The notes beneath the pieces were generated by a model. The model made no database searches, had not been told where the DNA came from, and was given only the letters and a program-made list of their open reading frames with translations. Below are positions 16,579 through 25,400 of a stretch of 29,701 nucleotides of DNA, one piece after another. Each line of letters opens with the position of its first letter. Position 1 is the stretch's first letter. Source of the DNA: Thermoplasmatales archaeon (lineage in GTDB: Archaea; Thermoplasmatota; Penumbrarchaeia; Penumbrarchaeales; Penumbrarchaeaceae); assembly GCA_041304645.1 (NCBI GenBank), contig JBFYMY010000140.1, forward strand, positions 1 through 29,701, read 5' to 3'. Both the position numbers and the translations under genes were made by a program.

Positions 16579-19500
16579 ATGCGGTTTGCTACCCTATACC
16601 GGTCCTTTGCGGTGGTCGTTGCCCTGGCGATAGCCGTCTCGGCCATTATGGACCCTATAAGGCCCTCCAACATGTTCAGCAGGGAGCAGGGCGACAATCC
16701 GTCCGGGGCGGTCCCCGGGATCGATACCGACGGTGACGGCCTCAAGGACATCTGGGAGGACCTCAACAGGAACGGGGTGCTCGAGATGGAGGAGAGGTCC
16801 CTCTCCGACCCCTACGACCCCGACAGCGACGGTGACGGTATAGAGGACGGATCGGAGTTCGACCTGCTGGCGGCCAGGGCAGGCAATTTGAGCTCCGCTC
16901 CAAACTGGCTCAGGATGTTCTCCCCATCCTTGGAGTCCATGGCGCTTGAGATAGGGGTCCTGGGCCCCAATGGGGATGTCGATAGGGACGGTTCGGTGAA
17001 CATACTGGACTCGGACAGCGACGGTGACGGGATCATGGACGGGGTGGAGCTCTCCGCCGGGACGGACCCTCTGGACCCTGACAGCGACGGTGATATGGTA
17101 CCCGACGGCAGGGATACGGCCAATGGGTTCGTGAAAGATGCCGATGGCAACGGCCTTGATGACGATCGGGAGGAATATTTCGGCCTGGAAGGCCCCGACG
17201 GCGACCCCGACGGGGATACCATGACGAACCTTGTCGAGTTCCAGAGGGGTACTGACCCGACCCATCAGGACCTTTTCGGTGGTCATGTAGGTTCTTTCAG
17301 GCCCACGGACCTGCTTGATATACGCTCGCCGTCCACCCCTATCCTCAGGGTCGAAGGTACAGGGGCAAGGTACCTCAGGGTCGCATCTTTCGACAGGTAC
17401 GTCAACGGGGAATGGCTCCGCACACCTGACCTGCCTCTCACGGCCATAGCCCCTGACGGGTCGGTCAAGGAGGCACGCATCACCCTCCAGGGTAGGTGGC
17501 GCTTCGATATGCCCGTCCATCCCTGGACCATCGAGGCCAAAGCGCTAGCCCCCTACTCTCTCTTTCCGGGTGCCGGTTCGGCCGAGATGGTGATGGAGGA
17601 ACAGATCTCATATTCATGGGTCCCTCTGCAATCTTACACCGTATCATATCTGGAGCCGTCATATGACCCGACGCTCCTTAGCGAGAGCGGTTCGAACGAT
17701 GTCGTTCCATCGAGCTACAGAGAGGTACCCTCAGGCCTCTCTGACGACGTTAAAGAGCTTGCCGAGACCTGGGCGGCAGGACCCTCATCAACATACGATA
17801 AGGCCATGGACCTGACGTTCCGTCTATGGTCCAGATGCATCTATTCCTCAGCCGGAACGACCGGTGACGCTGAGAGCCGCACGGTAAGGGACTTCCTTTT
17901 CATGACCCTAAGGGGCAACGCTCTCGACTTCTCGACCGCCTTCGCCATCATGTTGAGGGTGCAGGGGGTCCCGACGAGATTGGTGGCAGGCTATTCCCTT
18001 GGCATCGATGATGGGGGCTACCGGACCTACCTTGAGGGTCACTTCCACATCTGGGTCGAGGTCTACATCGACGGCATCGGGTGGGTGCCTTTCGAGGTCA
18101 CCCCCCATGCCATCTCAGCAAGGGGTGGGGCCGGGGTCCCGGTGGACGGGGTCGATCCCTACGTGCTCGGTCCCAACTCGGGGGACGGCGGGGGAACGCT
18201 CAGAGGGGGCGGTGACCCAGCGAGCGATCCGGACCAGGACTACGACGGGGACCTGGTCATCAACGGCCGCGAAAGGGAGTTCGGCACCAATCCCTATCTC
18301 CCGGACACGGACGGCGACGGGCTCGATGACGGACTGGAACTCGACCTCTACGGGACAGACCCCCTCTCAAAGGACACGGATTGGGACTGGTTAGGGGACG
18401 GGGAGGAGGTCACGAAGGGCAGGGACGGTTACATAACGGACCCTTTGGTCCCGGACACGGACGGAGGCGGTCTGTGGGACGGTCTGGAATCCCTCTCCAC
18501 CCCGCAGCTTGACCCTCTGGACCCCGAGGATGACAGGCGTGTCACGGACATAGACGGGGACGGGCTCGATCAGGCCCAGGAGGCGTTCTATGGTACCGAT
18601 CCTTTAAGGAACGATACGGACATGGACGGTCTGCAGGACGGGGAAGAGCTCTTCACGTACGGGTCATCCCCCCTCTCAAAGGACACGGACGGGGACGGTC
18701 TCAGCGACAAGGATGAGACCTATCCATCGTCGGGTAAACCCTTTACGAACCCCTCGGCGGCGGATACCGAATTTGATGGTCTCGATGACAGGTTCGAACT
18801 TGACAAGGGTACAGCCCCCGGCAGGTCGGATACGGACCAGGACGGCCTCAAGGACATGTTCGAGCTCGAGCTGGGGACAGACCTGAAAGGTTGGGATACC
18901 GACGGTGACGGTCTGTCCGACGGCAGGGAGGTGAAACTGGGCACAGACCCGTTGAAGGCCGATACCGATGGTGACGGAACGAATGACGGCCCCGAGGTCT
19001 GGAACGGTCTGAACCCCTTGTCGGTCGAAGGTCGGTCCGAAGGCCTTCTCGACGTTGACGGTGACGGCCTGACGGACCGGCTCGAGCTTGAGATAGGGAC
19101 CGACCCTTTCAAGAACGATACCGACGCCGATGGACTAACCGACGCCCTGGAGCATTTCGAGACAGGAACAGACCCGCATTTGAACGACACGGATGGCGAC
19201 GGTCTGTCCGACGGGGCGGAGGTCTCTCTGGGCACATCCCCCAGGCTCAACGATACTGACGGCGACGGGCTCGACGACAGGGTCGAGCTCGTTCTTGGTA
19301 CAGACCCCCTCTCAAGGGATACGGACCGGGATATGTTGTCAGACGGAGCGGAGGTCCTGTCAGGTACGAACCCCTTGACCATGGACACTGACGGGGGGGG
19401 ACTGGGCGATGGTATCGAGGTAGCTGTTCCAAGGGACCCGTTGAAGGGTTCGGATGACCTGCCTTTTCCGCCGGACACGGACGGTGACGGTCTGCCAGAT

Positions 19501-22500
19501 GTACTGGAGGCGCTTTTCGGGACCGACCCATTGGTCCGGGACACCGACGGCGACGGTCTTTCGGACGGGGAGGAGGCCATGCTTCTCAAGACCAACGGGA
19601 CCCTCTCCGATACCGATGGTGATGAGCTGTCGGACGGTGATGAGGTCCGCCGATACCTTACCGACCCCCTCGCGTGGGACACTGACGGCGACGGCCTGAC
19701 CGACGGCAGCGAGGTCATAGACTGGGGCACCGACCCTCTGTGTTCCGATACGGACGCCGATTCTCTCCCTGATAGGAACGAGACCGTCATAGGGACCGAT
19801 CCGCAGAGGTACGACACCGATGGTGACGGTCTTTCGGACGGGGGGGAGGTCATGCTTGGGACCGATCCCCTGAAGGACGACACGGACGGAGGGGGGGCCA
19901 TTGACGGCATAGAGGTCCGTTCCGGTGCCGACCCGCTCGACCCAAGGGACGACCCACCCTACAGGGACCAGGACAACGACGGATTGCTGGACCGTGAGGA
20001 GGATAAGGACCTTGACGGGAAACTGGATGATGATGAGACCGACCCGCTCGACCCCGACACCGATGGCGACGGTCTGAGCGACATGGTCGAGGTCAAAGGC
20101 CTCCTGGGGCACATCACCGATCCCAGGTCCCGGGACACTGACGGTGACGGGATAGAGGACCTGGAGGAGATGGTCCTGGGGTCTGACGGATACATCACTG
20201 ACCCTGCAAAGAGGGATACGGACGGTGACGGTCTGAACGACGGCGACGAGGTCTCCGGGCTCTACGGTCTTCCCAGCAGTCCAGAGTCCATCGACGGTGA
20301 CGGGGACAACCTGAGCGATGTCATGGAGCTGAACGTCTCCAGGACTGACCCTTTGGACCCTGACACCGACGATGACGGTCTCCCTGACGGCTGGATGGAC
20401 GGCTGGGTCGACGGGAAGGTCAACGGGGTCAAGGACCTGGGCGAGTACGAGGACCGTAACCTTGACGGCCTGGTGGAGCCGGGGGATTGGAACGGGGGGG
20501 CCGGTCCCGGTGAGTCGGACCCATTGGAACCTGATACCGATGGAGGGGGTGTGACCGACGGCAAGGAAGTCCTGCACAGGCCTCTTCCTTTCGATCCGCT
20601 GAGCCCCCACGATGACGGTTTCATACTCGACAGCGACGGAGACGGGCTCCCTGACATCGATGAGATGCTGCTTGGGACCAAATGGAACGACCCAGATACC
20701 GACAAGGACGGTCTGGTGGACGGCCCCCTGACCGTGACCATCGATGGGAAGGAGATGAAGGGCGAAAGGTCCGGACATAACGGTTTCGACCCCACGGACC
20801 CTCTTGACCCCGATTCCGACGGCGACGGCGTCAAGGACGGCCTGGAGGTATCCGACCGGACCGATCCCAACGACCCCGATACGGACGGGGACGGCCTCTG
20901 GGACGGTTATGACATCGTTGACAGACAGGGCAGGCCTCGTGAGGGGGAGCGGACCCCCAGGAACAGGCTGGACCCGTCAAGGCCTTATGCCCCGACGGAC
21001 CCGTTGAAGGCAGATACGGACGGGGACGGCCTGCTGGACGGGGGGAACCTCGAGCTGCCTTCAGGGGTTATACTTCCAGGCGAGGCCAAGCATGGGACGG
21101 ACCCGCATTCGCCCGATACGGACGGCGACGGTCTCACGGACGGGGCCGAGGTCACCATTTACTTTACTGACCCGCTGTCGCCGGACACGGACAGGGGCGG
21201 GATGCCGGACGGTCTAGAGGTCGAGAGGTCCATGGACCCTCTGGACCCGTCGGACGACGACAGATGGCTCGACAATGACGGTGACGGACTTCTGAACTTC
21301 GAAGAGAGAGAGACGTTCTACTATCCGCTCACGACCGTGGACTGGAACGGTGACGGTCTCATGGACAACAGGCCCGACCCGAACGATGCGGACACGGACG
21401 GCGACGGCATCTCCGATGGGCAGGAGGTGCTGGTGGAGGGGACCAATCCCCTCACTGCCGATACGGACAGGGATGGCCTGACGGACCTTGAGGAGCTGGT
21501 ATCATATCGCACCGACCCCAACAGGCCCGATACCGACGGTGACAGCCTGCCGGACCTGGCGGAGGTCACCCATGTCTGGGAAGATAGCTATGTTGATTGG
21601 ACCGGTGACGGGAGGTTCGACAATACCACCGACCCGAACGATAGGGACACGGACAGGGACCAGCTCACGGACGGGCGGGAGGTGACCGAGGGTACGAACC
21701 CTCTCGACCCCGGAGACCCGGGTTCGGAACCCCTCCCCGAAGAGCGACCGATAGTCCTGATCGAGACCGCCCCGCAGACCCTGGTCAAGACCACCGAAAG
21801 GAAGGACGGGGCCTTCAAGGTCGAGGGGAGGGTGACCGGCAGGGACGGAAGGCCCGTTAAGGGTGCTTTCGTTTCGGTCCTCATAGTCCCTGAAGGGATG
21901 CCCGCCGAGACCATCCTCACGCTCGAGGCGAACCCCGCATACAGGGTCGGCAGTTCGACCGGTACGGACGAGGGGGGCCGGTTCTCGGCAAGCTGCGCTC
22001 CTGTCAAGGGTACTCCCGTAGGCCCGGTGGTCCTTTACGCGGTCACCAGGGAAACGGTGCATTCCTTCAAGTTATTCACGCCCTCGGCCTCTGACCCCAT
22101 ATCCCTGACGGTCAGGTCATCTTCAGCTCTCCTGCTGGGACCTTTCCCTTCCACGTCCGTCATAGGCAGCAGGGTCCCGTTGAACGGTAGTATCGTGGAT
22201 GCAATGGGAGAGCCCCTAAGGGGCCTTGACCTTGATATATCGGTGGACGGGAAGGCCGCAGGTGCGGTACGTTCCGACGGCAAGGGCGTTTTCCTCGTTT
22301 CCCTGGAGCTCCCGAAGGAGGAGGGTGAGCATTCAGTTGAGGTCGGTTACAGGGGGGGACAGTACATAGATAGGTCGCAGGTCTCCATCACCTTCGAACT
22401 GGTCCCCGGCCCCGAGGTGAGATTGTCACCTATACCCTCCGTCCTTAGCATGGGGTCGGTCCTCTACGTCAACGGGACGGTGTCCTGGAACGGTCCCACC

Positions 22501-24177
22501 CCAGAGGGCGAGGTCATAATCATGGTCGTCAGGACCGGGGCCTCTGGGCCCGCGGCGGACATCACCGCCCCCTTGAGCGGAGGCGCGTTCACATCGAGCT
22601 TGAGGCTCGTTCCCGAGACCTTCCCTCCGGGCGCTTATATGATCTCGGTCTCCTTCACCATCGCGCCAGGGCAGACCGCGGTCAACTCCTCATTAACCTT
22701 CAGATCGCTGGACAGGACCACCCTCATGGTCCCCGACCTGGAGGTGGTCAGGGGGACCGTCCATTCACTGGATGTCCTCCTCCTCTCCTCGACGGGAGCG
22801 CCCGTGGAAGGAGGGACCGTGCGGGTCACGTTCCCCGATGCTACATGGCTCCCGTCCGGCGCTGCTGTCACCAATTCCACGGGATGGGCGGCCATAATGG
22901 TACAGGTCATCCCAGGTTCGCCCTTGGGCCCTGCAAGTATGATGGTGGAGCATGTGGCGGAAGGGTCCCAGGGGACCGTTGGCGGGACGGGGTCGTTCAC
23001 CGTTTGGGTGGTGGCGCTCTCTAAGCTGACACTTACGGACCCGCCCATGGAGCTTACGCTCCTGGACGGCATGAAGGTTGAGGGCAGGCTCGAGGATGAC
23101 AACGGGGCCGGCATAGTGGGGGAAGGGGTGATAGAGCTCCTGATGGACGGGGTCCAGGTCGAGGTAACGGACTCAAGGGAGGGCGGGTTCTTCACCATGT
23201 CCCATACGATGGACCGGTTCACAAGGACCGGCAGCGGGACCATGACCGTCAGGTTCCGCGACCTGAATGATGAGAGGGCAGGATGGTATCGACCGTCCGA
23301 GTCCTCATGGAAGGCCATTGTCCGGTCCAGGACATATCTGACGGTCGAAGGTGAGCCCCTACCGGGCAGCTTCAACATGACGGTTCGGCTTGCGGATGAG
23401 AAGGGGGCACCCGTAGGGAGCGCACCGATCCAGTTCGGCAAGGGTCTCTCCTACTCCACCAGGTTCACGGATGCTCAGGGAAATCTCACATTGTTGTTCA
23501 ACGGGACGTCCGAGGGGGATGTCCTCTTCCTGAGGTTCCCCGGCGACCCTTCGAGGTTCCTCATTGGCACCGGATACAATACGACGGTACCGGTGTCCAA
23601 AGGGACCGGTCCGCGGATGGACCTTGCCCCCTTCCTCCTTGCAGGCCTCGTTGCAGCAGTGATAGCGGCGGCTGCGGCCATGTACATCCGGGCAAGGAAG
23701 CTCAGAAGGGACTCGGAGCATGATCGTCTCGAGCGGATGGAAAGGCGAACCTTGTACCCGTTCGATCCCGCCGGGAGGACCAACAAAGCCATCTTCGAAT
23801 CATACCGCAGTGTCCAGGACCGGCTGAGGGCCGGCGGGTCAGGCAGGCCTGAGGAGATGACGGCAAGGGAATATTCCACCATAATGACATCGGAGGCCCC
23901 GGAGCTCAGGGAGCTCGACAACCTAACGAAGCTCTTCGAGGAGGCCCGTTACTCCGACCATGAGATGTCGTCCCATCTGATGGGGGTCTCCAAGGATATC
24001 GAACAGAGGCTCCTGCGGTCCGCCGAGGCTGTGGACCATGTGCGGTTGGGAAGCAGGGTATCGGTCATGGGGGCCGAGACCTCCCGGTCTGTCCCCAGAC
24101 CTCAGATGCACAGGTTGAGGATGGATCACGGGAGCGATCTTTTGGACCTCCTCGGCGAGAAGGGGGTGTCCGGTTGA
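16579..24177 (+). CDS. Giant (2532 aa) membrane-anchored protein: TSP3-like Ca-binding repeats, transglutaminase-like domain, Ig-like domains, TM helix, DUF4129
   Basis: Signal-like N-terminus MRFATLYRSFAVVVALAIAVSAIM, then YLRVASFDRYVNGEW (TgpA/DUF3488-like) and GNALDFSTAF..MLRVQGVPTRLVAGY...HIWVEVY..GIGWVPFEVTP (TGase fold). About 50 DxDGDGLxDxxE..GTDP repeats, beta-rich Ig-like segments, a TM helix at ~23623-23690, and SYRSV...EMTAREY...LTKLFEEARYS (DUF4129). The track ORF start at 16246 overlaps purP. Confidence 0.88.
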   Translation: MRFATLYRSFAVVVALAIAVSAIMDPIRPSNMFSREQGDNPSGAVPGIDTDGDGLKDIWEDLNRNGVLEMEERSLSDPYDPDSDGDGIEDGSEFDLLAARAGNLSSAPNWLRMFSPSLESMALEIGVLGPNGDVDRDGSVNILDSDSDGDGIMDGVELSAGTDPLDPDSDGDMVPDGRDTANGFVKDADGNGLDDDREEYFGLEGPDGDPDGDTMTNLVEFQRGTDPTHQDLFGGHVGSFRPTDLLDIRSPSTPILRVEGTGARYLRVASFDRYVNGEWLRTPDLPLTAIAPDGSVKEARITLQGRWRFDMPVHPWTIEAKALAPYSLFPGAGSAEMVMEEQISYSWVPLQSYTVSYLEPSYDPTLLSESGSNDVVPSSYREVPSGLSDDVKELAETWAAGPSSTYDKAMDLTFRLWSRCIYSSAGTTGDAESRTVRDFLFMTLRGNALDFSTAFAIMLRVQGVPTRLVAGYSLGIDDGGYRTYLEGHFHIWVEVYIDGIGWVPFEVTPHAISARGGAGVPVDGVDPYVLGPNSGDGGGTLRGGGDPASDPDQDYDGDLVINGREREFGTNPYLPDTDGDGLDDGLELDLYGTDPLSKDTDWDWLGDGEEVTKGRDGYITDPLVPDTDGGGLWDGLESLSTPQLDPLDPEDDRRVTDIDGDGLDQAQEAFYGTDPLRNDTDMDGLQDGEELFTYGSSPLSKDTDGDGLSDKDETYPSSGKPFTNPSAADTEFDGLDDRFELDKGTAPGRSDTDQDGLKDMFELELGTDLKGWDTDGDGLSDGREVKLGTDPLKADTDGDGTNDGPEVWNGLNPLSVEGRSEGLLDVDGDGLTDRLELEIGTDPFKNDTDADGLTDALEHFETGTDPHLNDTDGDGLSDGAEVSLGTSPRLNDTDGDGLDDRVELVLGTDPLSRDTDRDMLSDGAEVLSGTNPLTMDTDGGGLGDGIEVAVPRDPLKGSDDLPFPPDTDGDGLPDVLEALFGTDPLVRDTDGDGLSDGEEAMLLKTNGTLSDTDGDELSDGDEVRRYLTDPLAWDTDGDGLTDGSEVIDWGTDPLCSDTDADSLPDRNETVIGTDPQRYDTDGDGLSDGGEVMLGTDPLKDDTDGGGAIDGIEVRSGADPLDPRDDPPYRDQDNDGLLDREEDKDLDGKLDDDETDPLDPDTDGDGLSDMVEVKGLLGHITDPRSRDTDGDGIEDLEEMVLGSDGYITDPAKRDTDGDGLNDGDEVSGLYGLPSSPESIDGDGDNLSDVMELNVSRTDPLDPDTDDDGLPDGWMDGWVDGKVNGVKDLGEYEDRNLDGLVEPGDWNGGAGPGESDPLEPDTDGGGVTDGKEVLHRPLPFDPLSPHDDGFILDSDGDGLPDIDEMLLGTKWNDPDTDKDGLVDGPLTVTIDGKEMKGERSGHNGFDPTDPLDPDSDGDGVKDGLEVSDRTDPNDPDTDGDGLWDGYDIVDRQGRPREGERTPRNRLDPSRPYAPTDPLKADTDGDGLLDGGNLELPSGVILPGEAKHGTDPHSPDTDGDGLTDGAEVTIYFTDPLSPDTDRGGMPDGLEVERSMDPLDPSDDDRWLDNDGDGLLNFEERETFYYPLTTVDWNGDGLMDNRPDPNDADTDGDGISDGQEVLVEGTNPLTADTDRDGLTDLEELVSYRTDPNRPDTDGDSLPDLAEVTHVWEDSYVDWTGDGRFDNTTDPNDRDTDRDQLTDGREVTEGTNPLDPGDPGSEPLPEERPIVLIETAPQTLVKTTERKDGAFKVEGRVTGRDGRPVKGAFVSVLIVPEGMPAETILTLEANPAYRVGSSTGTDEGGRFSASCAPVKGTPVGPVVLYAVTRETVHSFKLFTPSASDPISLTVRSSSALLLGPFPSTSVIGSRVPLNGSIVDAMGEPLRGLDLDISVDGKAAGAVRSDGKGVFLVSLELPKEEGEHSVEVGYRGGQYIDRSQVSITFELVPGPEVRLSPIPSVLSMGSVLYVNGTVSWNGPTPEGEVIIMVVRTGASGPAADITAPLSGGAFTSSLRLVPETFPPGAYMISVSFTIAPGQTAVNSSLTFRSLDRTTLMVPDLEVVRGTVHSLDVLLLSSTGAPVEGGTVRVTFPDATWLPSGAAVTNSTGWAAIMVQVIPGSPLGPASMMVEHVAEGSQGTVGGTGSFTVWVVALSKLTLTDPPMELTLLDGMKVEGRLEDDNGAGIVGEGVIELLMDGVQVEVTDSREGGFFTMSHTMDRFTRTGSGTMTVRFRDLNDERAGWYRPSESSWKAIVRSRTYLTVEGEPLPGSFNMTVRLADEKGAPVGSAPIQFGKGLSYSTRFTDAQGNLTLLFNGTSEGDVLFLRFPGDPSRFLIGTGYNTTVPVSKGTGPRMDLAPFLLAGLVAAVIAAAAAMYIRARKLRRDSEHDRLERMERRTLYPFDPAGRTNKAIFESYRSVQDRLRAGGSGRPEEMTAREYSTIMTSEAPELRELDNLTKLFEEARYSDHEMSSHLMGVSKDIEQRLLRSAEAVDHVRLGSRVSVMGAETSRSVPRPQMHRLRMDHGSDLLDLLGEKGVSG
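16723..17271 (+). repeat. N-terminal cluster of about 7 DxDxDG repeats
   Basis: DTDGDGLKD, DSDGDGIED, DVDRDG, DSDGDGIMD, DSDGDMVPD, DADGNGLDD and DPDGDTMTN. Confidence 0.85.
18238..21720 (+). repeat. Main array of about 43 TSP3-like DxDGDGLxDxxE...T(D/N)P repeats (1161 aa)
   Basis: Counted by eye in the translation. Most units are 19-22 aa and are diverged at DNA level. Confidence 0.92.
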
Positions 24178-25400
24178 GGGTCAGTTGGGCCAGGGCGCTA
24201 TCGCTTTCGGTCATGGTGGCGGTAGCTCTTTTCATCCTCACCGCTCTGGCGGCGCCTCTTATCATAGTGGAGACAAGGTCCACCCTGTCGACCTCCGAGG
24301 AAGGTTGGATGGGAGCCTCGGAGTTCCTGAGCATCGCCAAGACCACCGGGGCGAGCGTCATGGTCCTGACCACCACGCCGACGCTGCTCCTTGAGGACGA
24401 GGACCCCGACAAGGTGCTCTTCATCTCCCTTGGCCCTCAGAGGCGGTATACGCTCACCGAGACCCTTGCCCTCAAGAAGTTCACGGAGAGAGGTGGAAGG
24501 CTCCTTGTGGCGGACGATGAGGGCATGACCTCCGGGGTCGCGGAGGACCACGGGGTAAGCTACGCAAAGGGGCAGCTCTACGACCAGGACTTCGTCGGAG
24601 ATGTCAACCACCTCAAGTTCGATGTCTCGACGAGCTTCTTCGACGGTTTCGTCCTCATGAACCGACCCGCCTCGCTGTTCTTCACCTCGGGCGTCGCCCT
24701 CATTGCATCCTCGAGCTCGGCATGGGTCGATCAGAACGGGAACGGCCTGAACGACAATCTGAGCTCCGGTTCGCCCGAGGCCCAGGGCGTGAGGTACCTC
24801 TGTGTCCTCACGGACCCCGACCTGGCGCAGACGGGCGGGGGTGGGGCGGTGTTCCTCTCGGACCCCTCCATGTTCATGAACGGGATGCTGGGTTCGGAAG
24901 GGAACGGACAGTTCGCCAAGGCCCTCATAGAGTTCCTGCTCCCCGATGGCGGTATGATGGTCATAGACGATTCTGTCCACGACCCGCCGCTCCCCTCATC
25001 CCCCGTAAGGAAAGCGGTCTATGGGGTGGCCATGTTCACGACGGACATCAACATGAAGATAGTCGTCGGGACCCTTGTGACCGTGGCCCTTCTCTCCATA
25101 GCGTACCTCTACAACCCCCTGGAAAGGCCCGAGCACGTCTGCCTCCTGGACAGGAGCGGGGTTGCCGAACTTGCGGAGCCGGAGCTCGCACCCGAGGACT
25201 TAAATGAGGCCAGGAAGGTTTTCCTGGACAGGGTCAGGCTCTTCCACGGCCTCTCGGTCGAGGCATTCTCCAGAGCGAGCTGGGAAGAGCTCGATAGGCT
25301 GATAGGCGACAAGGTGCTCTCGGCGTTCGCCCGGAGCGGGCGTTACGATGGGACCATGGAGGGCATCGTGGAGGAGGTGGGACGATGGCAGAGGAAGTGA
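24174..25400 (+). CDS. DUF4350 domain membrane protein
   Basis: N-terminal TM, STSEEGWMGASEF, FTERGGRLLVADD, VFLSDPSMFMNGML..GNGQFAKALI and a second TM helix. The TTG start overlaps the upstream TGA (TTGA). Confidence 0.78.
   Translation: MRVSWARALSLSVMVAVALFILTALAAPLIIVETRSTLSTSEEGWMGASEFLSIAKTTGASVMVLTTTPTLLLEDEDPDKVLFISLGPQRRYTLTETLALKKFTERGGRLLVADDEGMTSGVAEDHGVSYAKGQLYDQDFVGDVNHLKFDVSTSFFDGFVLMNRPASLFFTSGVALIASSSSAWVDQNGNGLNDNLSSGSPEAQGVRYLCVLTDPDLAQTGGGGAVFLSDPSMFMNGMLGSEGNGQFAKALIEFLLPDGGMMVIDDSVHDPPLPSSPVRKAVYGVAMFTTDINMKIVVGTLVTVALLSIAYLYNPLERPEHVCLLDRSGVAELAEPELAPEDLNEARKVFLDRVRLFHGLSVEAFSRASWEELDRLIGDKVLSAFARSGRYDGTMEGIVEEVGRWQRK

Noticed and set aside
19360-20778. 472-aa antisense ORF, plus other long antisense ORFs such as 16594-17520, 18720-19910 and 22635-23441
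   Set aside because: These are shadows of the GC-rich, GAC/GGT-repetitive giant gene. The translations are low-complexity mirror text with no motifs, RBS or promoter.
18238-21720. Possible CRISPR or DNA tandem-repeat array
   Set aside because: The periodicity is at protein level within one open frame, and the DNA units are diverged.
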